In this document: one piece after another, positions 16,201 through 24,000 of the stretch
Position numbering within the stretch: the stretch's first letter is position 1
Layout: the number at the start of each line of letters is the position of its first letter
Source of the DNA: Pseudescherichia sp.
GTDB lineage: Bacteria; Pseudomonadota; Gammaproteobacteria; Enterobacterales; Enterobacteriaceae
Assembly (NCBI RefSeq): GCF_031987975.1
Contig: NZ_DALZYX010000001.1
Span: 602,010 to 626,009, forward strand
DNA: 24,000 nt
Direction of reading: 5' to 3'
Made by a program: the position numbers and the translations under genes
The notes under the pieces: generated by a model
The model's database searches: none
What the model was told of the DNA's origin: nothing
The model's input: the letters and a program-made list of their open reading frames with translations, nothing else

Positions 16201-17688
16201 ATGAAAAACCCCACCTTATTGCAATGCTTTCACTGGTACTATCCGGAAGGCGGTAAACTCTGGCCGGAAGTGGCCGAGCGTGCGTCTGGTTTTAATGATA
16301 TTGGCATTAACATGGTCTGGCTACCGCCCGCTTATAAAGCGGCAACGGGAGGCTACTCCGTCGGCTATGACACCTACGATCTCTTCGATCTGGGCGAGTT
16401 CGATCAAAAAGGCACGATCCCTACTAAATACGGCGATAAAGCCCAGCTGCTGGCGGCTATCGGCGCGCTGAAGGAGAACGGCATCGCCGTGCTGCTTGAC
16501 GTGGTGGTGAACCATAAGATGGGGGCCGATGAGAAAGAGTCAATCTGTGTTAACCGGGTAAATGAGCACGATCGTACCCAGATCGACGACGAGGAGATCG
16601 CCTGCGAAGCCTGGACGCGCTACACCTTCCCCGCCCGTAAGGGAAAATATTCAAAATTTATCTGGGACCACAAGTGCTTTAGCGGTGTCGATCATATCGA
16701 AAATCCCGATGAAGACGGCATCTTTAAAATCATTAACGATTACACCGGTGACGGCTGGAACGATCAGGTGGACGAAGAGCTGGGTAACTTTGACTATCTG
16801 ATGGGATCCAACATCGACTTTCGCAACCGGGCGGTAACGGAGGAGATCAAATACTGGGCACGCTGGGTGATGGAGCAGACTCAGTGCGATGGCTTCCGCC
16901 TCGACGCGGTGAAGCACATTCCGGCCTGGTTCTATAAAGAGTGGATCGCCCACGTGCAGGAGGTCGCCCCGAAGCCGCTATTTATCGTTGCCGAATACTG
17001 GTCACACGAGGTGGATCGCCTGCAGCAGTATATCGATCAGGTCGATGGCAATACGATGCTGTTTGATGCCCCGCTGCAGATGAAGTTTCATCAGGCATCG
17101 CTGCAGGGCCGCGACTATGACATGAGCCAGATCTTTACCGGTACGCTGGTAGAAGCCGATCCCTTCCATGCGGTAACGGTAGTGACTAACCACGATACCC
17201 AACCGCTACAGGCGCTGGAGGCACCGGTAGAGGCCTGGTTCAAGCCGCTGGCCTACGCTCTGATCCTGCTGCGGGAAAACGGTGTCCCGTCAGTGTTTTA
17301 TCCGGATCTCTATGGTGCAAGCTATGACGATACCGGCGGCGACGGTGAAACCTACCATATCGACATGCCGATTATCGAGCAGCTCGATCAGCTGATTCTG
17401 GCCCGCCAGCGTTTCGCTCACGGCGTGCAGACTTTGTGGTTCGATCACCCTAACTGCATCGCCTTTAGCCGGAGCGGAACCGAGGAAGATCCAGGCTGCG
17501 TTGTCGTGCTCTCCAACGGCGATGAGGGTGAAAAGACCCTGGAGCTGGGGGAAAACTACGGCAATAAGATGTGGCGCGACTATCTGGGCAACCGTGAAGA
17601 GACCGTAACCACCGACGAAAACGGTACCGGCACCTTTACCTGCAACGGCGGCAGCGTCAGCGTCTGGGTACTGGAAGAGGTGTTATAA
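16201..17688 (+). CDS. amyA: Cytoplasmic alpha-amylase (GH13)
   Basis: 495 aa, [28 protein letters not shown]... with no signal peptide. GH13 catalytic regions [20 protein letters not shown] and NHDTQP. Near-identical to E. coli AmyA as recalled. Confidence 0.96.
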   Translation: MKNPTLLQCFHWYYPEGGKLWPEVAERASGFNDIGINMVWLPPAYKAATGGYSVGYDTYDLFDLGEFDQKGTIPTKYGDKAQLLAAIGALKENGIAVLLDVVVNHKMGADEKESICVNRVNEHDRTQIDDEEIACEAWTRYTFPARKGKYSKFIWDHKCFSGVDHIENPDEDGIFKIINDYTGDGWNDQVDEELGNFDYLMGSNIDFRNRAVTEEIKYWARWVMEQTQCDGFRLDAVKHIPAWFYKEWIAHVQEVAPKPLFIVAEYWSHEVDRLQQYIDQVDGNTMLFDAPLQMKFHQASLQGRDYDMSQIFTGTLVEADPFHAVTVVTNHDTQPLQALEAPVEAWFKPLAYALILLRENGVPSVFYPDLYGASYDDTGGDGETYHIDMPIIEQLDQLILARQRFAHGVQTLWFDHPNCIAFSRSGTEEDPGCVVVLSNGDEGEKTLELGENYGNKMWRDYLGNREETVTTDENGTGTFTCNGGSVSVWVLEEVL

Positions 17689-17693
17689 CAGAA

Positions 17694-17723
17694 GACGCTG
17701 AGTGAGGCTCCTCACTCAGCGTC
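17694..17723. terminator. Perfect hairpin between convergent amyA and yedD
   Basis: GACGCTGAGTGAGG and CCTCACTCAGCGTC form a ~13-14 bp stem with a tiny loop, placed between the two stop codons. U-tracts are poor. Confidence 0.55.
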
Positions 17724-17729
17724 ATTACC

Positions 17730-18143
17730 TTACGGCAGCGGCGTTGGCAGCGGGCTTTTCGCCAGCGCCTCAGCACACTCGGCGGTCGGGCGCTCAACCC
17801 GCTTCAGGGTCATTCCCGCATACTCAAGCATTGCCCCTTCCCGCTCAAGGGAGTAAACCTCTACCTTCTGCGTCACGTTATAAAAATCGTCCCCGCGCAG
17901 CGTCAGCTTGCCCGGAAGGGCAATTACCCGCTGCCACTGACGGCAGTCCAGGGTATCACCAGCAGGCGTCACGACCAGGCTGGCTATCGCCTCGGGGCTG
18001 ACCAGTTTGCTTTGCGGCCCGGCGGATTGCCAGTACCCGGCCAGACCCGCAGGTGCCGGGTGTTTTACCACCTCGTTATAGTTATCAATCTGTGCACAGC
18101 CGGTCAGTGCCAGCAGTGCGCTAAAAATCGCTACTTTTTTCAT
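17730..18143 (-). CDS. yedD: Lipoprotein YedD
   Basis: 137 aa with lipobox MKKVAIFSALLALTGC. ...DTLDCRQWQRVIALPGKLTL...RPTAECAEALAKSPLPTPLP matches E. coli YedD. Confidence 0.92.
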   Translation of the reverse strand: MKKVAIFSALLALTGCAQIDNYNEVVKHPAPAGLAGYWQSAGPQSKLVSPEAIASLVVTPAGDTLDCRQWQRVIALPGKLTLRGDDFYNVTQKVEVYSLEREGAMLEYAGMTLKRVERPTAECAEALAKSPLPTPLP

Positions 18144-18331
18144 CTAATATCCTGCCTGCGAAGAAAAAATTATTCTGGCATTAAAGCGCCATGCCCGCCA
18201 GCGATAACCATTGCGAGTTTAATTGATCTACGCCGTATAAATGCCATTTACCGCTGGGCAAATGTACCGTTCCGTGTAGGATTGCGGTTCCGCTTTATAC
18301 GATAAACCTTCTGAGTTCAGAGGCTATTACC

Positions 18332-19537
18332 ATGTCCTGGCAACACTTTAAGCAGCGCTGGCTGATCACCTTTTGGGCACCCCTGCCCGCCGTTATCGCC
18401 GCTGGCATTCTCTCAACCTACTATTTTGGTATCACTGGCACCTTCTGGGCCGTCACCGGTGAATTTACCCGCTGGGGCGGTCAGCTCTTACAGCTAATGG
18501 GCGTTCATACGGAAACCTGGGGCTATTACAAGCTGATCCACCTGGAGGGCACGCCGCTGACCCGCATTGATGGCATGATGATTATCGGCATGTTTGGCGG
18601 CTGTTTCGCCGCCGCGCTGTGGGCAAACAATGTCAAATTACGCATGCCCCGCAGCCGGATCCGTATTATGCAGGCCGTCGTTGGCGGCATTATTGCCGGG
18701 TTCGGCGCACGGCTGGCAATGGGCTGCAACCTGGCGGCGTTCTTCACCGGTATTCCGCAGTTTTCGCTTCACGCCTGGTTCTTCGCGCTGGCCACGGCAG
18801 TCGGCAGCTGGTTTGGGGCGCGCTTTACCCTCCTGCCCCTGTTCCGCATCCCGGTCAAAATGCAAAAGGTCTCTGCCGCCTCGCCGCTAACGCAAAAGCC
18901 CGTGCAGGCGCGCCGCCGCTTTCGCCTCGGCATGCTGGTGTTTGCAGGCATGCTGGGCTGGGCGCTGCTGACGGCGATGGATCAGCCGAAGCTGGGCCTC
19001 GCTATGCTGTTCGGCGTCGGCTTTGGCCTGCTGATTGAGCGGGCGCAGATCTGCTTCACTTCTGCCTTCCGGGATATGTGGATCACCGGCCGCACCCATA
19101 TGGCAAAGGCCATCATTCTTGGCATGGCGGTCAGCGCCATCGGCATTTTCAGCTATGTCCAGCTGGGCGTGGAAGGGAAAATTATGTGGGCTGGCCCGAA
19201 CGCCGTGATCGGCGGCCTGCTCTTTGGCTTCGGCATCGTGCTGGCGGGTGGATGCGAAACCGGCTGGATGTATCGCGCCGTAGAGGGCCAAGTGCACTAC
19301 TGGTGGGTGGGGCTGGGTAATGTTATCGGTTCGACGCTGCTGGCCTACTTCTGGGATGACCTGGCGCCAACCCTGGCTACCGGGTGGGATAAGGTGAACC
19401 TGCTGAACACCTTTGGCCCGCTGGGTGGATTGTTAGTAACCTACGGCCTGCTGCTTGTCGCCCTGCTGCTGATCGTGGCTTGGGAAAAACATTTCTTCAA
19501 GCGTGCCGCAACCCTGGCGGTGAAGGAAGCAATATGA
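18332..19537 (+). CDS. yedE: YedE/FdhT-family inner-membrane transporter (sulfur/selenium-compound transport)
   Basis: 401 aa polytopic membrane protein, MSWQHFKQRWLITFWAPLPAVIAAGILSTYYFGITGTFWAVTGEFTRWGG... Near-identical to E. coli YedE. The many overlapping track ORFs here are high-G+C artefacts. Confidence 0.95.
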   Translation: MSWQHFKQRWLITFWAPLPAVIAAGILSTYYFGITGTFWAVTGEFTRWGGQLLQLMGVHTETWGYYKLIHLEGTPLTRIDGMMIIGMFGGCFAAALWANNVKLRMPRSRIRIMQAVVGGIIAGFGARLAMGCNLAAFFTGIPQFSLHAWFFALATAVGSWFGARFTLLPLFRIPVKMQKVSAASPLTQKPVQARRRFRLGMLVFAGMLGWALLTAMDQPKLGLAMLFGVGFGLLIERAQICFTSAFRDMWITGRTHMAKAIILGMAVSAIGIFSYVQLGVEGKIMWAGPNAVIGGLLFGFGIVLAGGCETGWMYRAVEGQVHYWWVGLGNVIGSTLLAYFWDDLAPTLATGWDKVNLLNTFGPLGGLLVTYGLLLVALLLIVAWEKHFFKRAATLAVKEAI

Positions 19538-19767
19538 AAACGATCGTACCGGACTACCGACTGGATATGGTGGGGGAGCCATGCCCCTACCCTGCTGTTG
19601 CCACGCTGGAGGCGATGCCGCAGCTGAACAAAGGTGAAATTCTGGAGGTGGTGAGCGACTGCCCACAATCGATTAATAATATTCCGCTGGATGCGCGCAA
19701 CCATGGCTATACCGTGCTGGATATCCAGCAGGATGGACCGACGATTCGCTATTTGATTCAGAGGTAG
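19534..19767 (+). CDS. yedF: TusA-like sulfurtransferase-family protein YedF
   Basis: 77 aa, MKTIVPDYRLDMVGEPCPYPAVATLEAMPQL... with the CPxP motif. The ATG overlaps the yedE stop (ATGA). Essentially identical to E. coli YedF as recalled. Confidence 0.95.
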   Translation: MKTIVPDYRLDMVGEPCPYPAVATLEAMPQLNKGEILEVVSDCPQSINNIPLDARNHGYTVLDIQQDGPTIRYLIQR

Positions 19768-19773
19768 ATGCGC

Positions 19774-19798
19774 ACGCCGGGCAGCAGTAGCCCGGCGT
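19774..19798. terminator. Hairpin between convergent yedF and the kbp-like gene
   Basis: ACGCCGGGC (19774-19782) and GCCCGGCGT (19790-19798) form a 9-bp GC-rich stem with a 7-nt loop. Confidence 0.6.
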
Positions 19799-19807
19799 AT
19801 GGCTGGA

Positions 19808-20266
19808 TTACTGCGGAATACGCAGCACCTGGCCCGGATAGATTTTTTCCGGGCTTTTCAGCATCGGTTTATTCGCTTCAAAGATCTTATTGTACTGGTT
19901 AGCGTCGCCGTATACCTGTTTGGAGATGGCGCTCAGCGTGTCACCGGATTTCACGGTGTAGAACTGGCTCTCTTTTGCAGTGGTATCTGCGGCAGGCGCG
20001 GCCTTAACGTTGTCGGCTACGCTGGCGATACCGGAGATGTTACCTACCGCAACCAGAATCTTCTCTTTAGCTTCCTGGCTCAGGCCTTCACCGGTTACAG
20101 TGGCCTGACCGTCAGCAACCTGCACGTTAACCTTATCCGCGTCCGGGATACCCGTTTTACTCAGATGCTCCTGCACCTTTTTCGCCTGATCTTCCTTATC
20201 ATCATGCCCGGAAACGGCATCCCACAGCTTTTCACCTGCTTCTTTTACAAAATTGAAAAGACCCAT
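19808..20266 (-). CDS. kbp: BON + LysM domain protein, Kbp/YgaU-like (potassium-binding protein family)
   Basis: 152 aa, [20 protein letters not shown]...[39 protein letters not shown] (BON) ...[49 protein letters not shown] (LysM). Closely parallels E. coli YgaU/Kbp as recalled, but the locus differs from K-12, so it may be a paralogue. Confidence 0.8.
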   Translation of the reverse strand: MGLFNFVKEAGEKLWDAVSGHDDKEDQAKKVQEHLSKTGIPDADKVNVQVADGQATVTGEGLSQEAKEKILVAVGNISGIASVADNVKAAPAADTTAKESQFYTVKSGDTLSAISKQVYGDANQYNKIFEANKPMLKSPEKIYPGQVLRIPQ

Positions 20267-20445
20267 TTTCAGCTCCTTACCGTTAAGTTAAGACTCTGAA
20301 AGTGTAGCAGAGACCAGCGGAAGCGGCTGACGTAAGCATAATTTAAGGAAGTTCTGACTATAGCGGCCTGGTCATGAAAAAGCAGCGCAAAACCTTGCAT
20401 CTAAATCACCTAAAAATTTTAGGGCCTTATTCTCTTTTATCGTAT

Positions 20446-21573
20446 TTATTTATTTTGCGTAGTCAGTACAAATTTCATTTTGACTTTGTCCCAGCCAGAC
20501 CTGATGGCTCGGTTGGCTGGCATCTCAATGAACTTGAATGAAAGAACAGAAACAACGATGGCCACTGCCAGGCTGGAGGCCGTATATATCAGTATGGAGG
20601 TAACGCTGCCCTTGTCAGGCTGCATGATTTCTATCATTTTTGACACAATCATCCAGTGGAACATATAAAAAGAAAATGACGCCTCGCCAAGCAGGATCAA
20701 ATATTTGTTTGCAAGGATGCGAGAAATGATGCCGCCATTAAAGGCGAATGCAATAACGATGGATGCCATGCAAGGAATGAACAGAACGTCATAGGCATAA
20801 TTTGTGTTCGATAGGTGATTTGACGAAACGTAAACTGTTAGCGCCAAAAAGAGCAGCGACCCCACTTCCATTGTACTGCATACGCTCGCTTTTAGCGTGA
20901 CTGGCTTAGCAAGGAATGCTCTGCATATGATGATACCCAGGATGAAATCGGTAATTCTGAACAGCGGATTTATATAATATAGCCAGTGCAGAGAAATATT
21001 TGCCGGAGGGTTATTAAGAAAATAGATATTAACCGCTTGTACGGCAACAAATATCGCTGTCAGGTATCTTGTTTTGCATTTAACAAGCAGACAAAAGCAA
21101 AGGTAGAAGAACATTTCGCATGAAATGCTCCATGATACTGGATTAAATGAAAAATAATAAGCTGAATCTGGAATAAATGATTGCAGTAATAGCACGTTGT
21201 ATGCCAACGCCTCTTTATTAGTCGCATCAAAATTCTGGATATAACCAAATAAATAAAGCACACAAATCAAAGAGACGACATGCACCGGGAATAGCCGCGC
21301 CAGCCTGTAAACTATAAAATCTTTGTTGCTAAACCGCCCTTCTGCCAGATGCTTACTAAAGCTGTAATTAATGATGAACCCTGAAAGTATATAGAAGAAG
21401 GTTACACCTATATAACCCTTTGAAAAATATCTCGATATTTCGTTCAACTGCGGAATTGAAGATAATGAGTAAATTCCTAAATGGCTCATAAAAACGCCAA
21501 GCGCTGCAAACATCCTTAACGATGTAAGGCTATGAATAATATTGCTATTTTTTGACATACTTCTGCCATTCAT
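20446..21573 (-). CDS. Acyltransferase-3 (AT3/PF01757-like) integral membrane O-acyltransferase, stand-alone (no SGNH domain)
   Basis: 375 aa (an alternative start at 21558 gives MSKNSN...). Hydrophobic segments run throughout. The N-terminal R-X10-H signature is LR(20)MFAALGVFMSH(31), and an RxxR motif (YRLARLFP) follows; both are as described for the AT3 domains of OafA/Oac-type carbohydrate O-acetyltransferases (from memory). Composition is strongly AT-rich. Confidence 0.8.
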   Translation of the reverse strand: MNGRSMSKNSNIIHSLTSLRMFAALGVFMSHLGIYSLSSIPQLNEISRYFSKGYIGVTFFYILSGFIINYSFSKHLAEGRFSNKDFIVYRLARLFPVHVVSLICVLYLFGYIQNFDATNKEALAYNVLLLQSFIPDSAYYFSFNPVSWSISCEMFFYLCFCLLVKCKTRYLTAIFVAVQAVNIYFLNNPPANISLHWLYYINPLFRITDFILGIIICRAFLAKPVTLKASVCSTMEVGSLLFLALTVYVSSNHLSNTNYAYDVLFIPCMASIVIAFAFNGGIISRILANKYLILLGEASFSFYMFHWMIVSKMIEIMQPDKGSVTSILIYTASSLAVAIVVSVLSFKFIEMPANRAIRSGWDKVKMKFVLTTQNK

Positions 21574-21588
21574 TAAAAAATTTCAGGC

Positions 21589-21617
21589 AGAATATGTCTT
21601 ATGTAAGCGTGTGTCAA
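21589..21617 (-). promoter_or_regulatory. Putative sigma70 promoter of the acyltransferase gene
   Basis: The minus strand has a perfect TTGACA (21612-21617), a 17-nt spacer and TATTCT (21589-21594), about 15-30 nt upstream of the two candidate ATGs. Confidence 0.55.
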
Positions 21618-21745
21618 TTCACTTACCGCGTCTGTCTTCAGGACGGTATTTTAATGCACCAAAGCGGATGCGAGCTAAACATATGCGATTACCACACGTA
21701 CATGATATGCATCATCAGCCTCGTCACACAAATAATGTAGCTGAC

Positions 21746-22057
21746 CTACACCTGCATGCTCATGACATCCTGATACGCTGTGACCAGCTTATTACGTACC
21801 TGAATCCCCATCTGCAACGACACGGATGACTTCTGCAGATCGGTCATCACGTCGTTGAGGGCGACGCCCGGCTCGCCGAGGGTAAATTTCTCAGCCTGAG
21901 TGCGCGCAGCGTTTTGCGTATCGCTGATGCGATCCAGCGCAGCGTGCAGCTGACCTGCGAAGCTAACGGTGGACTCAGCGCCAACGCTCTGGTTTTTCGC
22001 CATTCCTGCCGTTGCCTGCAGCTGGCTGATGACGCCTTCAATCCCCTGAATGGACAT
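21746..22057 (-). CDS. fliE: Flagellar hook-basal body complex protein FliE
   Basis: 103 aa from [17 protein letters not shown]... to ...[23 protein letters not shown], with SD AGGGG upstream. The 47-codon upstream extension in the track (to 22198) crosses the fliE/fliF regulatory region and is rejected. Confidence 0.95.
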   Translation of the reverse strand: MSIQGIEGVISQLQATAGMAKNQSVGAESTVSFAGQLHAALDRISDTQNAARTQAEKFTLGEPGVALNDVMTDLQKSSVSLQMGIQVRNKLVTAYQDVMSMQV

Positions 22058-22114
22058 GGTTTTACCCCTACATGATTTGACTGGCGACGAGATTACCAGC
22101 TTGTCAATAAGATG

Positions 22115-22157
22115 AAGGCGGTAAATAGCGACAAAAAACCAGGTTATTTGACCCATA
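22115..22157. promoter_or_regulatory. FlhD4C2-type binding box in the divergent fliE / fliF class-2 promoter region
   Basis: AAGGC-GGT-AAATAGCG (22115-22130), a 11-12 nt spacer and GGTTATTT-GA-CCCATA (22142-22157). The published consensus is AA(C/T)G(C/G)N2-3AAATA(A/G)CG as an inverted repeat. One half is near perfect and the other is partial. Confidence 0.5.
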
Positions 22158-22285
22158 GAAAATCGCGATTCATCAAATAATGGCAGGGCCATCAACATGG
22201 AACTTTTGTCGTGTTTGCCGACCCGGGAGTCCGTTTTGCTTCATTACACGAATAATGCCGTCCACCCAGAGCTACGAGGTGCGCA

Positions 22286-23971
22286 ATGAGTGCGACAGCA
22301 ACCGCATCACAGAATAAATCTCTCGAGTGGATGAACCGCCTGCGCGCGAACCCCAGAATTCCCCTGCTCATCGCTGGTGCTGCCGCCATCGCCATTATTG
22401 TTGCTATGGTGCTGTGGGCCAAACAGCCGGACTATCGCGTCCTCTATAGCAACGTCTCCGATCAGGATGGCGGCGCGATTGTTACCCAGCTAACCCAGAT
22501 GAATATTCCCTACCGCTTCTCTGAGACCGGTGGCGCGATTGAAGTGCCTGCGGATAAGGTGCATGAGCTGCGTCTGCGTCTGGCCCAGCTGGGGCTGCCG
22601 AAAGGCGGCGCGGTTGGCTTTGAGCTGCTGGACCAGGAGAAGTTTGGTATTAGCCAGTTCAGCGAGCAGGTCAACTACCAGCGTGCGCTGGAGGGCGAGC
22701 TGGCCCGCACCATCGAAACGCTGGGACCGGTAAAATCTGCACGCGTTCACCTGGCGATGCCTAAGCCTTCACTCTTCGTCCGCGAACAGAAATCTCCGTC
22801 GGCCTCCGTTACCGTTAACCTCGCGCCGGGCCGCGCGATGGACGAGGGCCAGATTAGCGCCGTGGTCCATTTAGTCTCCAGCGCCGTGGCTGGCCTGCCG
22901 CCGGGTAACGTTACTCTGGTGGACCAGAGCGGTCGGCTGCTGACCCAGTCCAACACCAGCGGTCGCGATCTTAACGATGCCCAGCTGAAGTATGCCGCCG
23001 ACGTTGAGGGCCGCGTGCAGCGCCGCATTGAAGCGATCCTCTCCCCTATCGTTGGCAATGGCAACGTCCATGCCCAGGTTAACGCTCAGATCGACTTTGA
23101 CAATAAAGAGCAGACGGAAGAGCAGTATCACCCGAACGGTAACCCGTCCCAGGCGGTAATGCGCTCTCGTCAGCTGAACGAGAGCGAGCAGGTTGGCGGC
23201 CCTTATCCGGGCGGCGTGCCGGGCGCACTCTCTAATCAGCCGGCTCCGGCCAATAACGCGCCGATTACTGCAAATACTCCGCAGAACGGCCAGCAGAACC
23301 AGAATGCGCAGCAGACCACGACCAGCACGGCAAACAGCGCCGGGCCGCGTAATACGCAGCGCAATGAAACCACTAACTACGAAGTCGATCGCACCATTCG
23401 CCACACCAAAATGAACGTGGGCGATGTGCAACGTCTCTCCGTTGCCGTGGTAGTGAACTATCGCACCCTGGCCGATGGCAAACCGCTGCCGTTGACCGCC
23501 GATCAGCTGAAGCAGATCGAGGACCTGACCCGCGAAGCGATGGGCTTCTCCCAGCAGCGCGGCGATACCCTGAACGTGGTGAACTCCCAGTTCAACGCTA
23601 GCGATGAGAGCGCAGGCGAACTGCCATTCTGGCAACAGCAAGCCTTTATCGATCAGCTGTTGGCCGCCGGCCGTTGGCTGCTGGTGCTGATTGTCGCCTG
23701 GATCCTGTGGCGTAAGGCCGTCCGTCCGCAACTGGTGCGTCGCGAAGAGGAGCGCAAAGCGCTGCTTGAGAATGCCCAGGCTCGCCAGATGCCGGAAGAG
23801 GAAGCCGTTGAGGTTCGCCTCAGCAAAGATGAGCAGACGCAGCAGCGCCGTGCTAACCAGCGCATGAGCGCCGAGGTGATGAGCCAGCGTATTCGCGAAA
23901 TGTCAGATAACGATCCGCGCGTTGTGGCGCTGGTCATCCGCCAGTGGATGAGTGGTGAAGAACATGAGTAA
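22286..23971 (+). CDS. fliF: Flagellar MS-ring protein FliF
   Basis: 561 aa, MSATATASQNKSLEWMNRLRANPRIPLLIAG... to ...DNDPRVVALVIRQWMSGEEHE. Near full-length identity to E. coli FliF apart from the Gln/Asn/Thr-rich linker. SD GAGG upstream. Confidence 0.97.
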   Translation: MSATATASQNKSLEWMNRLRANPRIPLLIAGAAAIAIIVAMVLWAKQPDYRVLYSNVSDQDGGAIVTQLTQMNIPYRFSETGGAIEVPADKVHELRLRLAQLGLPKGGAVGFELLDQEKFGISQFSEQVNYQRALEGELARTIETLGPVKSARVHLAMPKPSLFVREQKSPSASVTVNLAPGRAMDEGQISAVVHLVSSAVAGLPPGNVTLVDQSGRLLTQSNTSGRDLNDAQLKYAADVEGRVQRRIEAILSPIVGNGNVHAQVNAQIDFDNKEQTEEQYHPNGNPSQAVMRSRQLNESEQVGGPYPGGVPGALSNQPAPANNAPITANTPQNGQQNQNAQQTTTSTANSAGPRNTQRNETTNYEVDRTIRHTKMNVGDVQRLSVAVVVNYRTLADGKPLPLTADQLKQIEDLTREAMGFSQQRGDTLNVVNSQFNASDESAGELPFWQQQAFIDQLLAAGRWLLVLIVAWILWRKAVRPQLVRREEERKALLENAQARQMPEEEAVEVRLSKDEQTQQRRANQRMSAEVMSQRIREMSDNDPRVVALVIRQWMSGEEHE

Positions 23972-24000
23972 CCTTACCGGAACCGAAAAAAGCGTCATCC
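23964..24000 (+). CDS. fliG: Flagellar motor switch protein FliG (5' end only, truncated by window)
   Basis: The ATG at 23964 overlaps the fliF stop (ATGAGTAA). The translation MSNLTGTEKSVI matches the E. coli FliG N terminus MSNLTGTDKSVI. Confidence 0.85.
   Translation, partial: MSNLTGTEKSVI

Larger units (their letters stand above)
20400..21745. other. AT-rich islet (probable horizontally acquired insertion) between the kbp-like gene and fliE
   Basis: Three hand-counted 60-nt lines inside the islet (20701, 21061, 21121) give about 40%, 37% and 28% G+C. A fliF line (22561) gives about 70%, and the flanking core genes are clearly above 50%. No flanking direct repeats or integrase were recognised. 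Confidence 0.6.

Noticed and set aside
18307-18323. A small hairpin (CCTTCTGA-GT-TCAGAGG) that would sequester the yedE SD (GAGG).
   Set aside because: It has only 6-7 bp with a bulge and a 2-4 nt loop, so predicted stability is marginal. No upstream sensor-like structure was recognised.
22871-23731. 286-aa ORF antisense to fliF, plus other long antisense or overlapping ORFs in the track: 22747-23064, 23653-23937, 18887-19297, 18619-19038, 4809-5156, 11133-11543 and 7608-8012.
   Set aside because: All lie opposite or out of frame within genes whose products align end to end with well-known E. coli proteins. The translations are Arg/Ala/Gly/Pro-rich with no recognisable motifs. This is the usual open-frame artefact of high-G+C coding DNA.

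Overview
This is a chromosomal segment from a motile member of the Enterobacteriaceae. Gene order and protein sequences closely track my recollection of the E. coli K-12 ~43-min 'flagellar region III' neighbourhood. G+C is visibly above 50% in the core genes, and the genus cannot be fixed from this window alone. The order is: [accessory dynamin-like GTPase gene] <- leuZ-cysT-glyW tRNA operon <- pgsA <- uvrC <- uvrY | yecF -> | <- sdiA <- tcyN(yecC) <- tcyL(yecS) <- dcyD <- tcyJ(fliY) <- fliZ <- fliA <- fliC | fliD-fliS-fliT -> amyA -> | <- yedD | yedE-yedF -> | <- kbp/ygaU-like BON-LysM gene <- AT-rich acyltransferase-3 gene <- fliE | fliF -> fliG (5' end only). About 85% of the window is ordinary conserved core. 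Recognisable regulatory signals include divergent sigma28 promoters for fliC and fliD, a sigma28 -10 element before fliA, a FlhDC-type box between fliE and fliF, a stable-RNA promoter, and several hairpin terminators. Two stretches look accessory and are the best places to hunt. (1) At nt 1-2345 a ~700-aa dynamin-like P-loop GTPase gene sits directly beside tRNA-Leu(UAA), where K-12 carries yecA. A Shine-Dalgarno-like sequence follows its stop at the window edge, so it is probably one half of a multi-gene bacterial dynamin-like module (Eleos/LeoA-like defence or membrane remodelling) whose partner is off-window. (2) At ~nt 20400-21745 there is a strongly AT-rich islet. It carries a stand-alone AT3-family membrane acyltransferase with its own near-consensus sigma70 promoter, inserted immediately downstream of fliE in a slot known to be variable in E. 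coli. No CRISPR array, IS element, integrase or rRNA was seen. All homology statements rest on reading the translations against remembered E. coli sequences; no database search was run.
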